64,000 nt of DNA from Longimicrobiales bacterium (GTDB taxonomy: Bacteria > Gemmatimonadota > Gemmatimonadetes > Longimicrobiales > Gaopeijiaceae). The stretch covers positions 768,001-832,000 of the forward strand of contig CBDDCX010000008.1 of NCBI GenBank assembly GCA_965226375.1, in the 5' to 3' direction. Under the pieces are notes generated by a model. It saw nothing but the letters and a program-made list of their open reading frames with translations. It made no database searches and had not been told where the DNA came from. The stretch's first letter is position 1, and each line of letters starts with the position of its first letter. Shown one piece after another: positions 19,004 to 28,565 of the stretch. The position numbers were made by a program, and so were the translations under genes.

Positions 19004-21208
19004 ATGCCCAGCGCCACAGCTACTCCCACGATTCGAGGCTTGCCCCGTCCTTTGGCCCGGGCCATGGAGTCGTACGCCGATCGCCTGGATGTCGATGCGG
19101 TGAGGGATGCGTACGAACTGGCGCGAGAGGCCCACGCGGGCCAGCGCCGCGCCTCCGGCGACGAGTTCGTCACCCACGCCGTCGAGGTTGCCACCATTCT
19201 GAGCCTGCTCGGGCTGGACACCGATTCCCTGGTGTCCGGTCTGGTTCACGATGTGGTCGAGGACACGACCGTCTCCTTGGCGGACATCGACAAACGGTTC
19301 GGCAAGAGTGTGTCGACGATCGTGGACGGGGTCACCAAGATCGGCCGTGTGGAGTTCCGCTCGCATACCGAACAGCAGGTCGAGAACTACCGCAAGCTCC
19401 TCCTCTCCATGGCTCGCGACGCCCGGGTGATTCTGGTCAAGCTGGCCGACCGCCTGCACAACATGCGCACCCTCGATGCCCTCAAGCCGGTACAACAGCG
19501 TCGCATCGCGCTCGAGACACGGGAGATCTACGCACCGCTGGCTCATCGACTCGGCATGGCCGCGATCCGGTGGGAGCTGGAGGATCTGGCCTTCAAGTAC
19601 CTGGAGCCCGACGCGTACGAGGCGCTTCGCAAGAAGGTTCGCCAGCGCCGCAAGGAGCGAGAGCGGCAGATCGTCGAGATGAAGCGGCCCCTGGACGAGG
19701 CCCTGGCCGAAGCCGGCGTCCCGGCCGAGGTGACGGGACGGCCCAAGCACCTGTGGTCCATCTACCGAAAAATGGTCTACCGTGGCGTGCCCTACGAGGA
19801 CATCTACGACCTCATGGCCATGCGGGTCTTCACGGACAGCGTCCAGAATTGCTACGCGGCTCTCGGAGTCATTCACAACCGTTGGACGCCGGTCCAGGAC
19901 CGCTTCCACGACTTCATCGCCACGCCCAAGACCAACATGTACCGCTCGTTGCACACGACGGTAATCGGGCCCGGCGGCCGAAGATATGAGATCCAGATCC
20001 GCAGCGAGGAGATGCACCGCACGGCCGAGTACGGGATCGCTGCACACTGGCGCTACAAGGAAGGGCTCGAGGAGCCTGGGGCGGAGCAGGAGCCAGACGA
20101 GGTCGACGAGGCCCTCACCTGGTTCCGTCAGGTTTTGGAGTGGCAGAAGGACGCCGATGAGCCGGAGGAATTCATGGAATTCCTGCGCATGGACCTGTTC
20201 CAGGGTGAGATCTTCATCTTTACTCCGAAGGGTGACGTCAAACCACTGCCGGTGGGCGCCACGCCGATCGACTTTGCCTACTCCGTGCACACCGAGGTCG
20301 GCCAGCGGTGCGCAGGTGCCAGGGTGAACGGACGAATCGCTCCCCTGTCTCGCGAGCTCAAGAATGGCGACACGGTGGAGATCATCACCGACACCCGACA
20401 ACGGCCCAACAGGGACTGGCTCGGGTTCGTAAAGACGTCACGCGCCCGCGGCCGCATCAAGCAGTGGATTCGCAAGGAGGAGCACGCTTCGGCCCTGAAG
20501 CTCGGAAAGGATTTCTTCGAGCGCGAGGTGAGGAAGGCGCGTCGTGACAAGCCGACCAAGGTCCAGATGAAGGAGGCCGCTGAGAGCCTGGGCTACGCGG
20601 ACTTCGATCAGGTGCTCTCGTCGCTTGGACGCGGCGACGTGGGGCCCACATCAGTCATACGGGCTCTGTACCCGGATGAGGATCCCCACGAGGTCGTCCA
20701 GCGGTCGCCGAGCGCCCTGGAGCGCATCGCGGACCGCATTCGCCGATCGAACCGGGGCGTGCGGATCCAGGGGATGGACAACCTGATGATCCGTTACTCC
20801 CAGTGTTGTCAGCCGGTCCCCGGCGACAACGTGATCGGATACATCACCCAGGGGCGAGGCGTCTCGATCCACCGTACGGATTGCCCCAACGTCTTGAACC
20901 TCGCCGAGGATCGGCGCGTGGAGATCGAGTGGACGGCCGAGAAGGGGGACCGGTTCTTCGTAAAGCTGTACCTGGAGGGGAGCGATCGGCGAGGCCTCCT
21001 CTCGGACGTGGCCAAGGCCATCACCGACACGGGCACGGACATCGCCCAGGCGGAGATGGGGGGAGTCGAGCACGGAATGCTCGGACAGTTCTCCGTAGAG
21101 GTGCAGGATCTCGCCCACCTGAACCGCGTCATGAAGGCCATCCGCCGCGTGAAAGGGGTGGTGGAGGTGAACCGGCGGGAGACTTTTCAGGAGTCGGATC
21201 TTCGATAG
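19004..21208 (+). CDS. rel: Bifunctional (p)ppGpp synthetase/hydrolase (long RSH, Rel/SpoT)
   Basis: HDVVED, KLADRLHNMRT, GRPKHLWSI, YRSLHT, EIQIRS, GIAAHW, TGS (FTPKG...DFAY) and ACT domains. Confidence 0.95.
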   Translation: MPSATATPTIRGLPRPLARAMESYADRLDVDAVRDAYELAREAHAGQRRASGDEFVTHAVEVATILSLLGLDTDSLVSGLVHDVVEDTTVSLADIDKRFGKSVSTIVDGVTKIGRVEFRSHTEQQVENYRKLLLSMARDARVILVKLADRLHNMRTLDALKPVQQRRIALETREIYAPLAHRLGMAAIRWELEDLAFKYLEPDAYEALRKKVRQRRKERERQIVEMKRPLDEALAEAGVPAEVTGRPKHLWSIYRKMVYRGVPYEDIYDLMAMRVFTDSVQNCYAALGVIHNRWTPVQDRFHDFIATPKTNMYRSLHTTVIGPGGRRYEIQIRSEEMHRTAEYGIAAHWRYKEGLEEPGAEQEPDEVDEALTWFRQVLEWQKDADEPEEFMEFLRMDLFQGEIFIFTPKGDVKPLPVGATPIDFAYSVHTEVGQRCAGARVNGRIAPLSRELKNGDTVEIITDTRQRPNRDWLGFVKTSRARGRIKQWIRKEEHASALKLGKDFFEREVRKARRDKPTKVQMKEAAESLGYADFDQVLSSLGRGDVGPTSVIRALYPDEDPHEVVQRSPSALERIADRIRRSNRGVRIQGMDNLMIRYSQCCQPVPGDNVIGYITQGRGVSIHRTDCPNVLNLAEDRRVEIEWTAEKGDRFFVKLYLEGSDRRGLLSDVAKAITDTGTDIAQAEMGGVEHGMLGQFSVEVQDLAHLNRVMKAIRRVKGVVEVNRRETFQESDLR

Positions 21209-21480
21209 AAGGCTGCTGAGGAGATACAGTGGGTCGCGCACAGGGGTCTTGCGAGGCTCAGACTAGGAACGACGACGAGTCGTAGCAGGGCTACGGCGAG
21301 GAGGAGAGACAACGTATGAGTCCGCAACCCCCCTGTGCCCTCCGGGTTAGGGCGGCGAGGGTCCATCGCGGGTGTTGGCGCTCCTCCCCGATACTACAGC
21401 ATCGCGTCGTCGCGCCGCCTACGCGCTGGACCCTCGGCGCTCCTAACGCGACCCGCTGTATCTCCTCAGCAGCCTTCTAG
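21206..21480. mobile_element. MITE-like structured intergenic element, family A copy 1
   Basis: 33-bp terminal inverted repeats (21206-21238 / 21447-21479, one T.G mismatch) starting and ending in TA; interior nearly identical to 34557-34854; no credible ORF. Confidence 0.85.
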
Positions 21481-23469
21481 ATGCCGAAATTCCAGATCTC
21501 CTCCACCTACGAACCGCAGGGCGACCAGCCCGCGGCCATCGCCGAGCTCAGCGCGGGGCTCGGTCGCGGCGACCGATTTCAGACCCTTCTCGGGGCCACG
21601 GGCACGGGTAAGACGTTCACGATCGCCAACGTGATTGCCGAGTACGGGCGACCCACCCTCGTCACATCCCACAACAAGACGCTGGCCGCGCAGCTCTACG
21701 GGGAGCTCAAGGCGCTCTTTCCCCGCAATGCCGTCGAGTACTTCATCTCCTACTACGACTACTACCAGCCCGAGGCCTACGTACCGTCCACCGACACGTA
21801 CATCGAGAAGGACTCCAGCATTAACGAGGACATCGAGCGCCTGCGATTGCGCACGACCTCGTCGCTCATGGAGAGGGAGGACGTCATCGTGGTGGCGTCG
21901 GTCTCCTGCATCTATGGCCTGGGAAACCCGATGGACTACCGTTCGCTCATGCTCCACTTGCGGGTGGGCCAGAAGATCGGTCGCAGGGAGATCCTGAAAG
22001 GGCTGGTGGAGACCCAGTATCGGCGCAACGACTACGAATTCCAAAGAGGCACGTTCCGGGTCAGGGGAGATACGGTGGAGATCTTTCCTGCCTATGAAGA
22101 GCAGGCGATCCGTGTAGAGCTCTGGGGAGACGAGGTCGAGCGTCTCACCCGCTTCGAGCCCCTCACCGGAGAGATCGTGACACCCATGGATCGGGCGTCC
22201 ATCTATCCTGCGAGCCACTACGTGACCCGCCGGGAGATCATCGAGGGTATGGCGCCGGCGGTGCGTGAAGAGATGGGGCGGCAGGTCGCCCACTTCGAGG
22301 CCGAGGGCTGCCTCCTGGAGGCCCAGAGGATCGAGAGTCGCACCAACTTCGACCTCGAGATGATGCTGGAGATCGGGACCTGTCCGGGCATCGAGAACTA
22401 CTCGCTCTACACGAGCGGTCGGCGCACGGGGGAACGGCCGGCGTGCTTGTTCGACTACTTTCCCGAGGATTTTCTGCTGGTCGTCGACGAGTCCCACGCG
22501 TCCGTCCCACAGATCCACGGCATGCACAAGGGCGACCGGTCGCGTAAAGAGACGCTCATCGAGCACGGCTTCCGGCTGCCCAGCGCCCTCGACAATCGCC
22601 CGCTCACCTTCGACGAGTGGGACTCGCTGGTGCACAAGGCGGTCTTCGTGTCCGCGACCCCGGGGGACTGGGAGTTGGAGCGGTCCGGCGGCGTGGTCGT
22701 GGAGCAGATCATCCGGCCGACCGGCCTGATCGACCCCGAGGTGGACATCAGGCCCGTGAAGGGCCAGGTGGACGATCTCCTTGCCGAGATCCGGGCGCGC
22801 GAGGTCAAGGGCGAGCGGGTGCTGGTCACCACTCTGACCAAGCGGATGGCGGAAGACCTCTCCGAGTATCTCCAGTCGGTGGGGGTCCGCGTGAGCTACA
22901 TGCACTCCGACATCGATACCATCGAGCGCATGAAAATCCTGCGGGAGCTGCGTCTGGGGAAGATCGACGTCCTGGTGGGCATCAACCTGTTGAGGGAAGG
23001 GCTGGATCTCCCCGAGGTGTCGCTCGTGGCGATCCTCGATGCCGACAAGGAGGGATTCCTCCGGGACAGCCGTTCGCTGATCCAGACCATCGGTCGCGCG
23101 GCTCGCAACGTGGATGGACGAGCCATCCTCTATGCCGATCGTATAACGCGGTCCATGCAGATGTGTCTGGACGAGACCGACCGGCGGCGCGAGATCCAGA
23201 GCGCGTACAACGAGGAGCACGGCGTTACCCCCGAGACGATTCAGAAAAGCATCCAGGAGATCGAGTTCTCCACACGGGTGGCGGATGCCAGCAACAAGCC
23301 TTTGGCACGGGTCTCGGAGCCCAAGCAGAGCTACGCCGACGAGGTGAACACGGAGGAGTACATCAAGATCCTGGAGCAGGAGATGACCGAGGCCGCCGAG
23401 GCCATGGACTTCGAGAGGGCGGCGCTGTTGCGAGATCAGGTCTTCGATCTCAAGGCCGCAGTGGGATGA
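21481..23469 (+). CDS. uvrB: Excinuclease ABC subunit B
   Basis: [42 protein letters not shown]-terminal UVR domain. Confidence 0.98.
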   Translation: MPKFQISSTYEPQGDQPAAIAELSAGLGRGDRFQTLLGATGTGKTFTIANVIAEYGRPTLVTSHNKTLAAQLYGELKALFPRNAVEYFISYYDYYQPEAYVPSTDTYIEKDSSINEDIERLRLRTTSSLMEREDVIVVASVSCIYGLGNPMDYRSLMLHLRVGQKIGRREILKGLVETQYRRNDYEFQRGTFRVRGDTVEIFPAYEEQAIRVELWGDEVERLTRFEPLTGEIVTPMDRASIYPASHYVTRREIIEGMAPAVREEMGRQVAHFEAEGCLLEAQRIESRTNFDLEMMLEIGTCPGIENYSLYTSGRRTGERPACLFDYFPEDFLLVVDESHASVPQIHGMHKGDRSRKETLIEHGFRLPSALDNRPLTFDEWDSLVHKAVFVSATPGDWELERSGGVVVEQIIRPTGLIDPEVDIRPVKGQVDDLLAEIRAREVKGERVLVTTLTKRMAEDLSEYLQSVGVRVSYMHSDIDTIERMKILRELRLGKIDVLVGINLLREGLDLPEVSLVAILDADKEGFLRDSRSLIQTIGRAARNVDGRAILYADRITRSMQMCLDETDRRREIQSAYNEEHGVTPETIQKSIQEIEFSTRVADASNKPLARVSEPKQSYADEVNTEEYIKILEQEMTEAAEAMDFERAALLRDQVFDLKAAVG

Positions 23470-23927
23470 ACCTGAACGAGGCGGAACTGGCCCGTTGGGG
23501 AGAGGTCATCGGGGCCGAGGTGCACACGCCGATGTTCGTGCTGCTCCGGGGACCGTTGGGCGCGGGTAAGTCCGTGCTGGCCCGGGCCATCGCCCGAGGC
23601 ACGGGCGTGCAGGGGACGATCCCTTCGCCGACGTTCAACATTCTCTTCCGCTATCCGACGAACCGGGATCTTCAGGTCGTGCATCTGGATCTGTATCGCG
23701 TATCGGAGCCCGGGGAGCTGTGGGAGCTGGGGTGGCGCGAATTGGGCGCGCCCGACGAGTTGGTCCTCGTGGAGTGGCCGGAGCGTGCAGAGGACCACCT
23801 TCCTCACGACCGTTGGGAGGTCACGCTCGCTCACGTCGACGGGGACGCCGACAGCCGCACCGTCGAGGTGAACCGAGTCGGTCGGCCACCTCATCTGCCC
23901 GGCTTTCCGGTTTCGCTCAGCGCGTGA
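23466..23927 (+). CDS. tsaE: tRNA t6A biosynthesis ATPase TsaE
   Basis: [26 protein letters not shown] at 23466 overlaps the uvrB stop. Confidence 0.93.
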   Translation: MNLNEAELARWGEVIGAEVHTPMFVLLRGPLGAGKSVLARAIARGTGVQGTIPSPTFNILFRYPTNRDLQVVHLDLYRVSEPGELWELGWRELGAPDELVLVEWPERAEDHLPHDRWEVTLAHVDGDADSRTVEVNRVGRPPHLPGFPVSLSA

Positions 23928-24688
23928 GTGACATCAGCCCCTCCGGGTCGGTCGAGGGCTTTCTCCTGGCCTTCGATACGTCCACGCCGCTGGGCTCGGT
24001 GGCTGTAGGAGCCGGGACCGACGTCCTGTCTCGGACCGAGCTGAGACGTCAGGGCGCCCACTCTTCCGATCTGATTCCGAAGATTCATGAGACCCTCGAG
24101 CGGGGTGGGGTGGACTTGAGCGAGCTGACCGGGCTCGTGGTCGGGTCCGGGCCCGGTTCGTTCACCGGAGTGAGGGTTGCGGCGGCCACGGCGAAGGGGC
24201 TGGCTCAGGCTCTCGAGATCCCGCTCTGGCCCGTTTCATCGCTCGAGGCGGGGGCTGCGGCGGTGGACGCCCCGTGGGTGCCCGTTTCAGACGGGCCACG
24301 TGCGGAGCTGTCGTCCGACGAACGGACTTGGCCCCGCTACGTCCTCTTCGACGCGCGTGCCGATCGGGTCTACGCGGCGTGTTATCTGCCCACCGAGCAC
24401 GGGCTGCAAGAGCTCATCGCTCCTCATTCCACCACCATCGGCGAGATCCTCTCGGGTGACGTGCCCTTCTCGATCTTCGGGGGCGACGGTGCCGATCGCC
24501 ATGCGGACGAGATCCGCGGCGCCGGCTTCCCGGTGCTCCCGACGCCCATGGCGATGCCGACGGCGGATGGGCTGCTCACCATTCTGCGAGAAGGGCCCGC
24601 GCGGGCGCCCGTGGAGGATCTGGCCCGTTGGGAGCCCGACTATCTCCGCCCCTCCTCTGCGGAGCGCCTGTCCGCTGCGGCTCCGTGA
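23924..24688 (+). CDS. tsaB: tRNA t6A biosynthesis protein TsaB
   Basis: LAFDTST, GPGSFTGVRV, DARA, EPDYLR. Confidence 0.93.
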   Translation: MSDISPSGSVEGFLLAFDTSTPLGSVAVGAGTDVLSRTELRRQGAHSSDLIPKIHETLERGGVDLSELTGLVVGSGPGSFTGVRVAAATAKGLAQALEIPLWPVSSLEAGAAAVDAPWVPVSDGPRAELSSDERTWPRYVLFDARADRVYAACYLPTEHGLQELIAPHSTTIGEILSGDVPFSIFGGDGADRHADEIRGAGFPVLPTPMAMPTADGLLTILREGPARAPVEDLARWEPDYLRPSSAERLSAAAP

Positions 24689-25173
24689 CCAGAGATCCGG
24701 CCCTTCATCGTCCGACCATACGGCCCATGGCAGCCGCTGACGCCGCTGCGGTGGCCCGCATGGAGGCGGCCACTTTCAGCACCCCCTGGAAGGAAGACAC
24801 CTTCCACTCGCTTCTCGAGCGTCCGGGCGTGGAGCTCTGGGTCGCCGATCTGGACGGAGAGGTGGCGGCCTACGCGATCCTCTGGTGCATTCTCGAGGAA
24901 GGCGAGTTGGCGAACATCGCGGTGCGTGACGACCTGAGAGGCAGGGGGATCGGCTCGGAACTGCTCGACTGGATGTTGGGGGTGGCCGAGAGGTGCGGGG
25001 TGCGGAATCTCTACCTGGAGGTTCGGGAGTCAAACGAGGGTGCCTTGCGGCTCTACGGGGGTCGCGGATTCATGGAAATCGGAGTTCGCAAAGGGTACTA
25101 CGAGCGGCCTCGAGAGGACGCCCGGGTGCTCAAATTGGCGCTCGGTTCGCAAGGAAATACGGCTGTTTCCTGA
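24685..25173 (+). CDS. rimI: Ribosomal protein S18-alanine N-acetyltransferase
   Basis: NIAV, RGRGIG, LEVRESNEGA, RKGYY, EDA; follows tsaB. Confidence 0.9.
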   Translation: MTRDPALHRPTIRPMAAADAAAVARMEAATFSTPWKEDTFHSLLERPGVELWVADLDGEVAAYAILWCILEEGELANIAVRDDLRGRGIGSELLDWMLGVAERCGVRNLYLEVRESNEGALRLYGGRGFMEIGVRKGYYERPREDARVLKLALGSQGNTAVS

Positions 25174-25216
25174 ACGTCTCAGTGGAAACGTTTGTAGTCG
25201 AATGGCAAAAAACGCG

Positions 25217-25246
25217 TTGACCCCCAGACCCATATCGGCCTATCTT
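25217..25246 (+). promoter_or_regulatory. Putative sigma70 promoter for the LysM-ccsA-hemA region
   Basis: TTGACC-N18-TATCTT in an AT-richer spacer. Confidence 0.5.
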
Positions 25247-25300
25247 CGAGCATGGATAACGGAGAATAAAGTCCCGTCCCACCTGGAAAAGGAAGCGATC

Positions 25301-26392
25301 ATGGTCCGGTTCGCCCTCACGGTGCTGGCCCTGACAATTTTGCCCGGTTTCGCGGTTGCCCAGCAGCCTGCTTCCCGCACGCACGTCGTCGTGGAGGGAG
25401 AGACGCTTTGGGCCCTGGCTCAGCGGTATTACGAGGACCCGTTCCTGTGGCCCCAGATCTTCGAGGCGAATCGGTCCCAGATCGAGGATCCCAACCTGAT
25501 CGAGCCGGATCAGCAGTTCGTGATTCCCGGCATCGCTGCCGAGGACTCCGAGATGGCCGCGGGCGAGCCTGCGATCGTAGGGGGAGTCCAGGTCTCGCAG
25601 GCCCCTGATGCGCCTCCGGGAGGTGTCGAGGCCGAGGCCGAGGAACAGCTCAGTGAGCGCGATCGGCGCTCCGTCTTCTTCCGGGATCCGTTAATGGCAC
25701 TGGATGGCCAAGCGGTGGCCGACAGAGATTACCTGTTCGTGAGCCGTGCGTCGGTATGGTCCGCCGAGTGGTTGGGGCCCGAGAACACGGACGATATCGA
25801 GTCCGACGGGCAGATCGAGTCGTTTGTGACCGAGGGTGAGATGCGCACCGCTCTGCCGTATACGCGTGTCCGCCTCAGCCTCGCCGACGGATTCACCGTC
25901 GCTCTCGGTGACGTCCTCCAGATCTACCGGCCCCTCAGGACGGTCGAGGGCGTGGGTTCCGTAATCCGTCCCTCGGGGGTGCCGTCGATCACCAGAGTCG
26001 ATGACGTGGCCGTCGAGGGAGTCGTGCTTCAGCTCTTCGAGCGGGCTCAGCCGGGTGATTTCGTACGGCGGGCTCCCACCTTCGACCTGGTGGCAGGCCA
26101 GTATCCGGATCAGGTGACGACCCGCACCGGGGCTACAGTCATCGAGTTCGGTGGTTCGCACGCCATCTACAATCTCGGGGACGTCGCGATTCTGGACAGA
26201 GGTGGAGAGCACGGTGTGGAGATCGGCGACGAGTACGTCGCGTTCCAAGGAGATGGCTTGACGGAGGATGTGGTGGGCCGGCTCCGGGTCGTCGCCACGG
26301 AGAGTGAGACTGCTTCAGCGAGGATCGTATCCGTCGAGGGGCCTGTGTTCCACACCGGGATCGCGGTACACTTGGACCGAAAGATGAGGTAG
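25301..26392 (+). CDS. Secreted LysM peptidoglycan-binding protein (TsaP-like architecture)
   Basis: Signal peptide; HVVVEGETLWALAQRYYEDPFLWPQIFEAN...NLIEPDQ; beta-rich C-terminal domain (LDRG...GVEIGD). Confidence 0.8.
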   Translation: MVRFALTVLALTILPGFAVAQQPASRTHVVVEGETLWALAQRYYEDPFLWPQIFEANRSQIEDPNLIEPDQQFVIPGIAAEDSEMAAGEPAIVGGVQVSQAPDAPPGGVEAEAEEQLSERDRRSVFFRDPLMALDGQAVADRDYLFVSRASVWSAEWLGPENTDDIESDGQIESFVTEGEMRTALPYTRVRLSLADGFTVALGDVLQIYRPLRTVEGVGSVIRPSGVPSITRVDDVAVEGVVLQLFERAQPGDFVRRAPTFDLVAGQYPDQVTTRTGATVIEFGGSHAIYNLGDVAILDRGGEHGVEIGDEYVAFQGDGLTEDVVGRLRVVATESETASARIVSVEGPVFHTGIAVHLDRKMR

Positions 26393-26424
26393 GTCCAGAA
26401 CTTCTTCACCCTGACGCGGCCCCG

Positions 26425-27234
26425 TTGACACACGTAGTCGCCCTTCTTCTATACACGGGATCTCTGATCCTGTGGTTTCGCTCCCTTCTGGTCGGGGGGC
26501 GGGGTCGTGGATCCCAGCTCGCATTCGGCATGGCTACGACAGGAGTCGTGGTGCACGCGATTGCGCTGGCCGCCTTCACGACCACCTATGGCCAGCTTCC
26601 GCTCGTAGGCCTGGCACCTTCACTCTCCACCCTGGCCTTCATCATCGGAGCCGGGCTCGTGACCACTCTCGGTCTGGGCGAGGTGCGCAGAGTCGGGATC
26701 GTCCTCGTTCCGGGAATGATCGTTCTGCAGGGCTTCGCCGTCTCCCTCGGATTCGCGCCCACCACGGACGTGCTGGACTTTCAAGGTGCCTGGTTCGTCT
26801 TCCACGTGACCCTGGCCTTCCTGGGCCTCTGTGGCATGGCGCTCGCTTTCGCGGCCGGATTACTCTACCTGGTCCAGCTCAGAGAGCTCAACAGCAAGCG
26901 TCTGGGTCGACTCTTCCAGTTTACGCCACCCCTGGCCACCCTGGATCGTTTGGTTCGGTTCGGCCTGGTTGCCGGCTTCCCCGCCTTCACCCTTTCGATC
27001 ATCCTCGGATTGGCGTGGACGGTGAGCTTCCGCCAATCCCTGGATCAGACCAATCCCAAGGTTGTCTGGGCGGTGCTGAGCTGGCTCGTGTTCGTGGTGG
27101 CGCTGGGATCGAGGGCGGGGGGCGGTCTCAAGGAACGTAGGAGCGCTGTCACCACCGTGGTGGGCTTCACGTTCATCGTCGTGTCCTACCTGACGCTTCG
27201 AGTGGTGAGTTCCGGCGGAGGCTTCTTCCTTTGA
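26425..27234 (+). CDS. CcsA/HemX-family cytochrome c assembly-type membrane protein
   Basis: About 8 TM helices, FHVTLAF, PPLATLDRL, PK motif; directly upstream of hemA. Confidence 0.8.
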   Translation: MTHVVALLLYTGSLILWFRSLLVGGRGRGSQLAFGMATTGVVVHAIALAAFTTTYGQLPLVGLAPSLSTLAFIIGAGLVTTLGLGEVRRVGIVLVPGMIVLQGFAVSLGFAPTTDVLDFQGAWFVFHVTLAFLGLCGMALAFAAGLLYLVQLRELNSKRLGRLFQFTPPLATLDRLVRFGLVAGFPAFTLSIILGLAWTVSFRQSLDQTNPKVVWAVLSWLVFVVALGSRAGGGLKERRSAVTTVVGFTFIVVSYLTLRVVSSGGGFFL

Positions 27235-28565
27235 CCTCGATAGCGGTCGTGGGCGTGAACCATCGCACCGCGCCTGTGGAGATACGGGAGCGATTCGCGT
27301 TCACCGAGAGTGAAGTCTTGGCCGCTCTCGGTGGACTCCGCGACCGCTCGGGAATGAAGGAGGCCGTCCTGCTGTCGACGTGCAACCGGACCGAACTGTA
27401 CCTATGCCCCGGATCGGACCCCGACCTGGTGGCGGCGGGCGAGGCGGTCTTGGCGGACAAGGCCGGTACTCTGGTGGGTGGGACGGCACAGTATCTCTAC
27501 CGAGCGGGTGGTCTGGAGTCCGTGTGCCACCTGTACCGCGTGGTGGCCGGCTTGGACTCCCTCGTCCTGGGCGAGGCCGAGATCCAGGGACAGGTTAAGG
27601 CGGCGTACGAGCTGGCGGGTCGTGTGACTGCCGATCCCCCGGTCGCGGGCCCCGTTCTCCACCGACTCTTCCAGACGGCCTTCGCCGTGGGGGGCCAGAT
27701 CCGGTCCCAGACGCCTATCGGCGAGGGAGCGGCGAGCGTGGCGTCCGTGGCCGTAGAGTTGGCCCGGAAGATCTTCGGTAGCCTGGAGGGTCGTAAGGTG
27801 ATGATCCTCGGTGCCGGAAACACGGCGGAGTTGGTCGTCGAGGCGATGAAGCGCGATCGCATTGAGGGCCTCATCGTGGCAAACCGGACTCACGGCCGGG
27901 CACAGGAGCTCGCCGGACGGCTGGCGGGTAAGGCAATCCACTTCGACGAGATGCCGTACGGCTTGGCCGAGATTGACGTCCTGGTGGCGTCCACGGCCGC
28001 TCCTCACGCTTTGGTCACACTCGACGGCTTCCGTCATGCGGTCGGGGGGCGCCGCGACAAGCCTCTCCTGATCCTCGACCTGGCTATCCCGAGAGACGTG
28101 GAGCCCGAATTGGGTGGTGAGGCCAACGTGTTCCTCTATAACGTCGATGACCTGCGAGAGATCATCGACGTGAACCTCATCCGGAGGCAGGCTTCGGTTC
28201 CGGACGCGGAGGCCATCGTGCAGGAGCACGCCGAGGCGTTCGCCCAGTGGCACGATGCTCGTGACGTGGTTCCCCTGATCAAGGGTATACGGAGCCGATG
28301 GGGCCGCCTGAGGGAGAGCGAGCTCGACTGGCTTTGGCAACGCCTTTCCCACTTGTCTGCCGAGGACCGTGAGGTCGTGGAATCGTTCTCGAAGCGGTTG
28401 TTGAACAAGCTGCTGCACGAGCCCACGACCCGCCTGAAAGAGGGCGTCGCCAACGGCCGGGGCGCCGAGTTCATCGATGCCGTACGCTTCCTCCACGCCA
28501 TCGAGGACGTCGAGTCTGGACCGGAACTTGCTGAACTACCGGAGCGGGACGAAACCGGTGAGTGA
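27231..28565 (+). CDS. hemA: Glutamyl-tRNA reductase
   Basis: GVNHRTAPVEIRE, LSTCNRTE, GLDSLVLGEAEIQGQV, GAGN, DLAIPRDVE. Confidence 0.97.
   Translation: MTSIAVVGVNHRTAPVEIRERFAFTESEVLAALGGLRDRSGMKEAVLLSTCNRTELYLCPGSDPDLVAAGEAVLADKAGTLVGGTAQYLYRAGGLESVCHLYRVVAGLDSLVLGEAEIQGQVKAAYELAGRVTADPPVAGPVLHRLFQTAFAVGGQIRSQTPIGEGAASVASVAVELARKIFGSLEGRKVMILGAGNTAELVVEAMKRDRIEGLIVANRTHGRAQELAGRLAGKAIHFDEMPYGLAEIDVLVASTAAPHALVTLDGFRHAVGGRRDKPLLILDLAIPRDVEPELGGEANVFLYNVDDLREIIDVNLIRRQASVPDAEAIVQEHAEAFAQWHDARDVVPLIKGIRSRWGRLRESELDWLWQRLSHLSAEDREVVESFSKRLLNKLLHEPTTRLKEGVANGRGAEFIDAVRFLHAIEDVESGPELAELPERDETGE

Noticed and set aside
21335..21634. ORFs crossing the repeat elements (also 34487-34741, 42822-43289)
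   Set aside because: Not conserved as coding between copies; no transposase or other motifs.
26425..27234. System II cytochrome c synthase call
   Set aside because: The tryptophan-rich WWD motif is degenerate and there is no ccsB/resB partner here; left as CcsA/HemX family.
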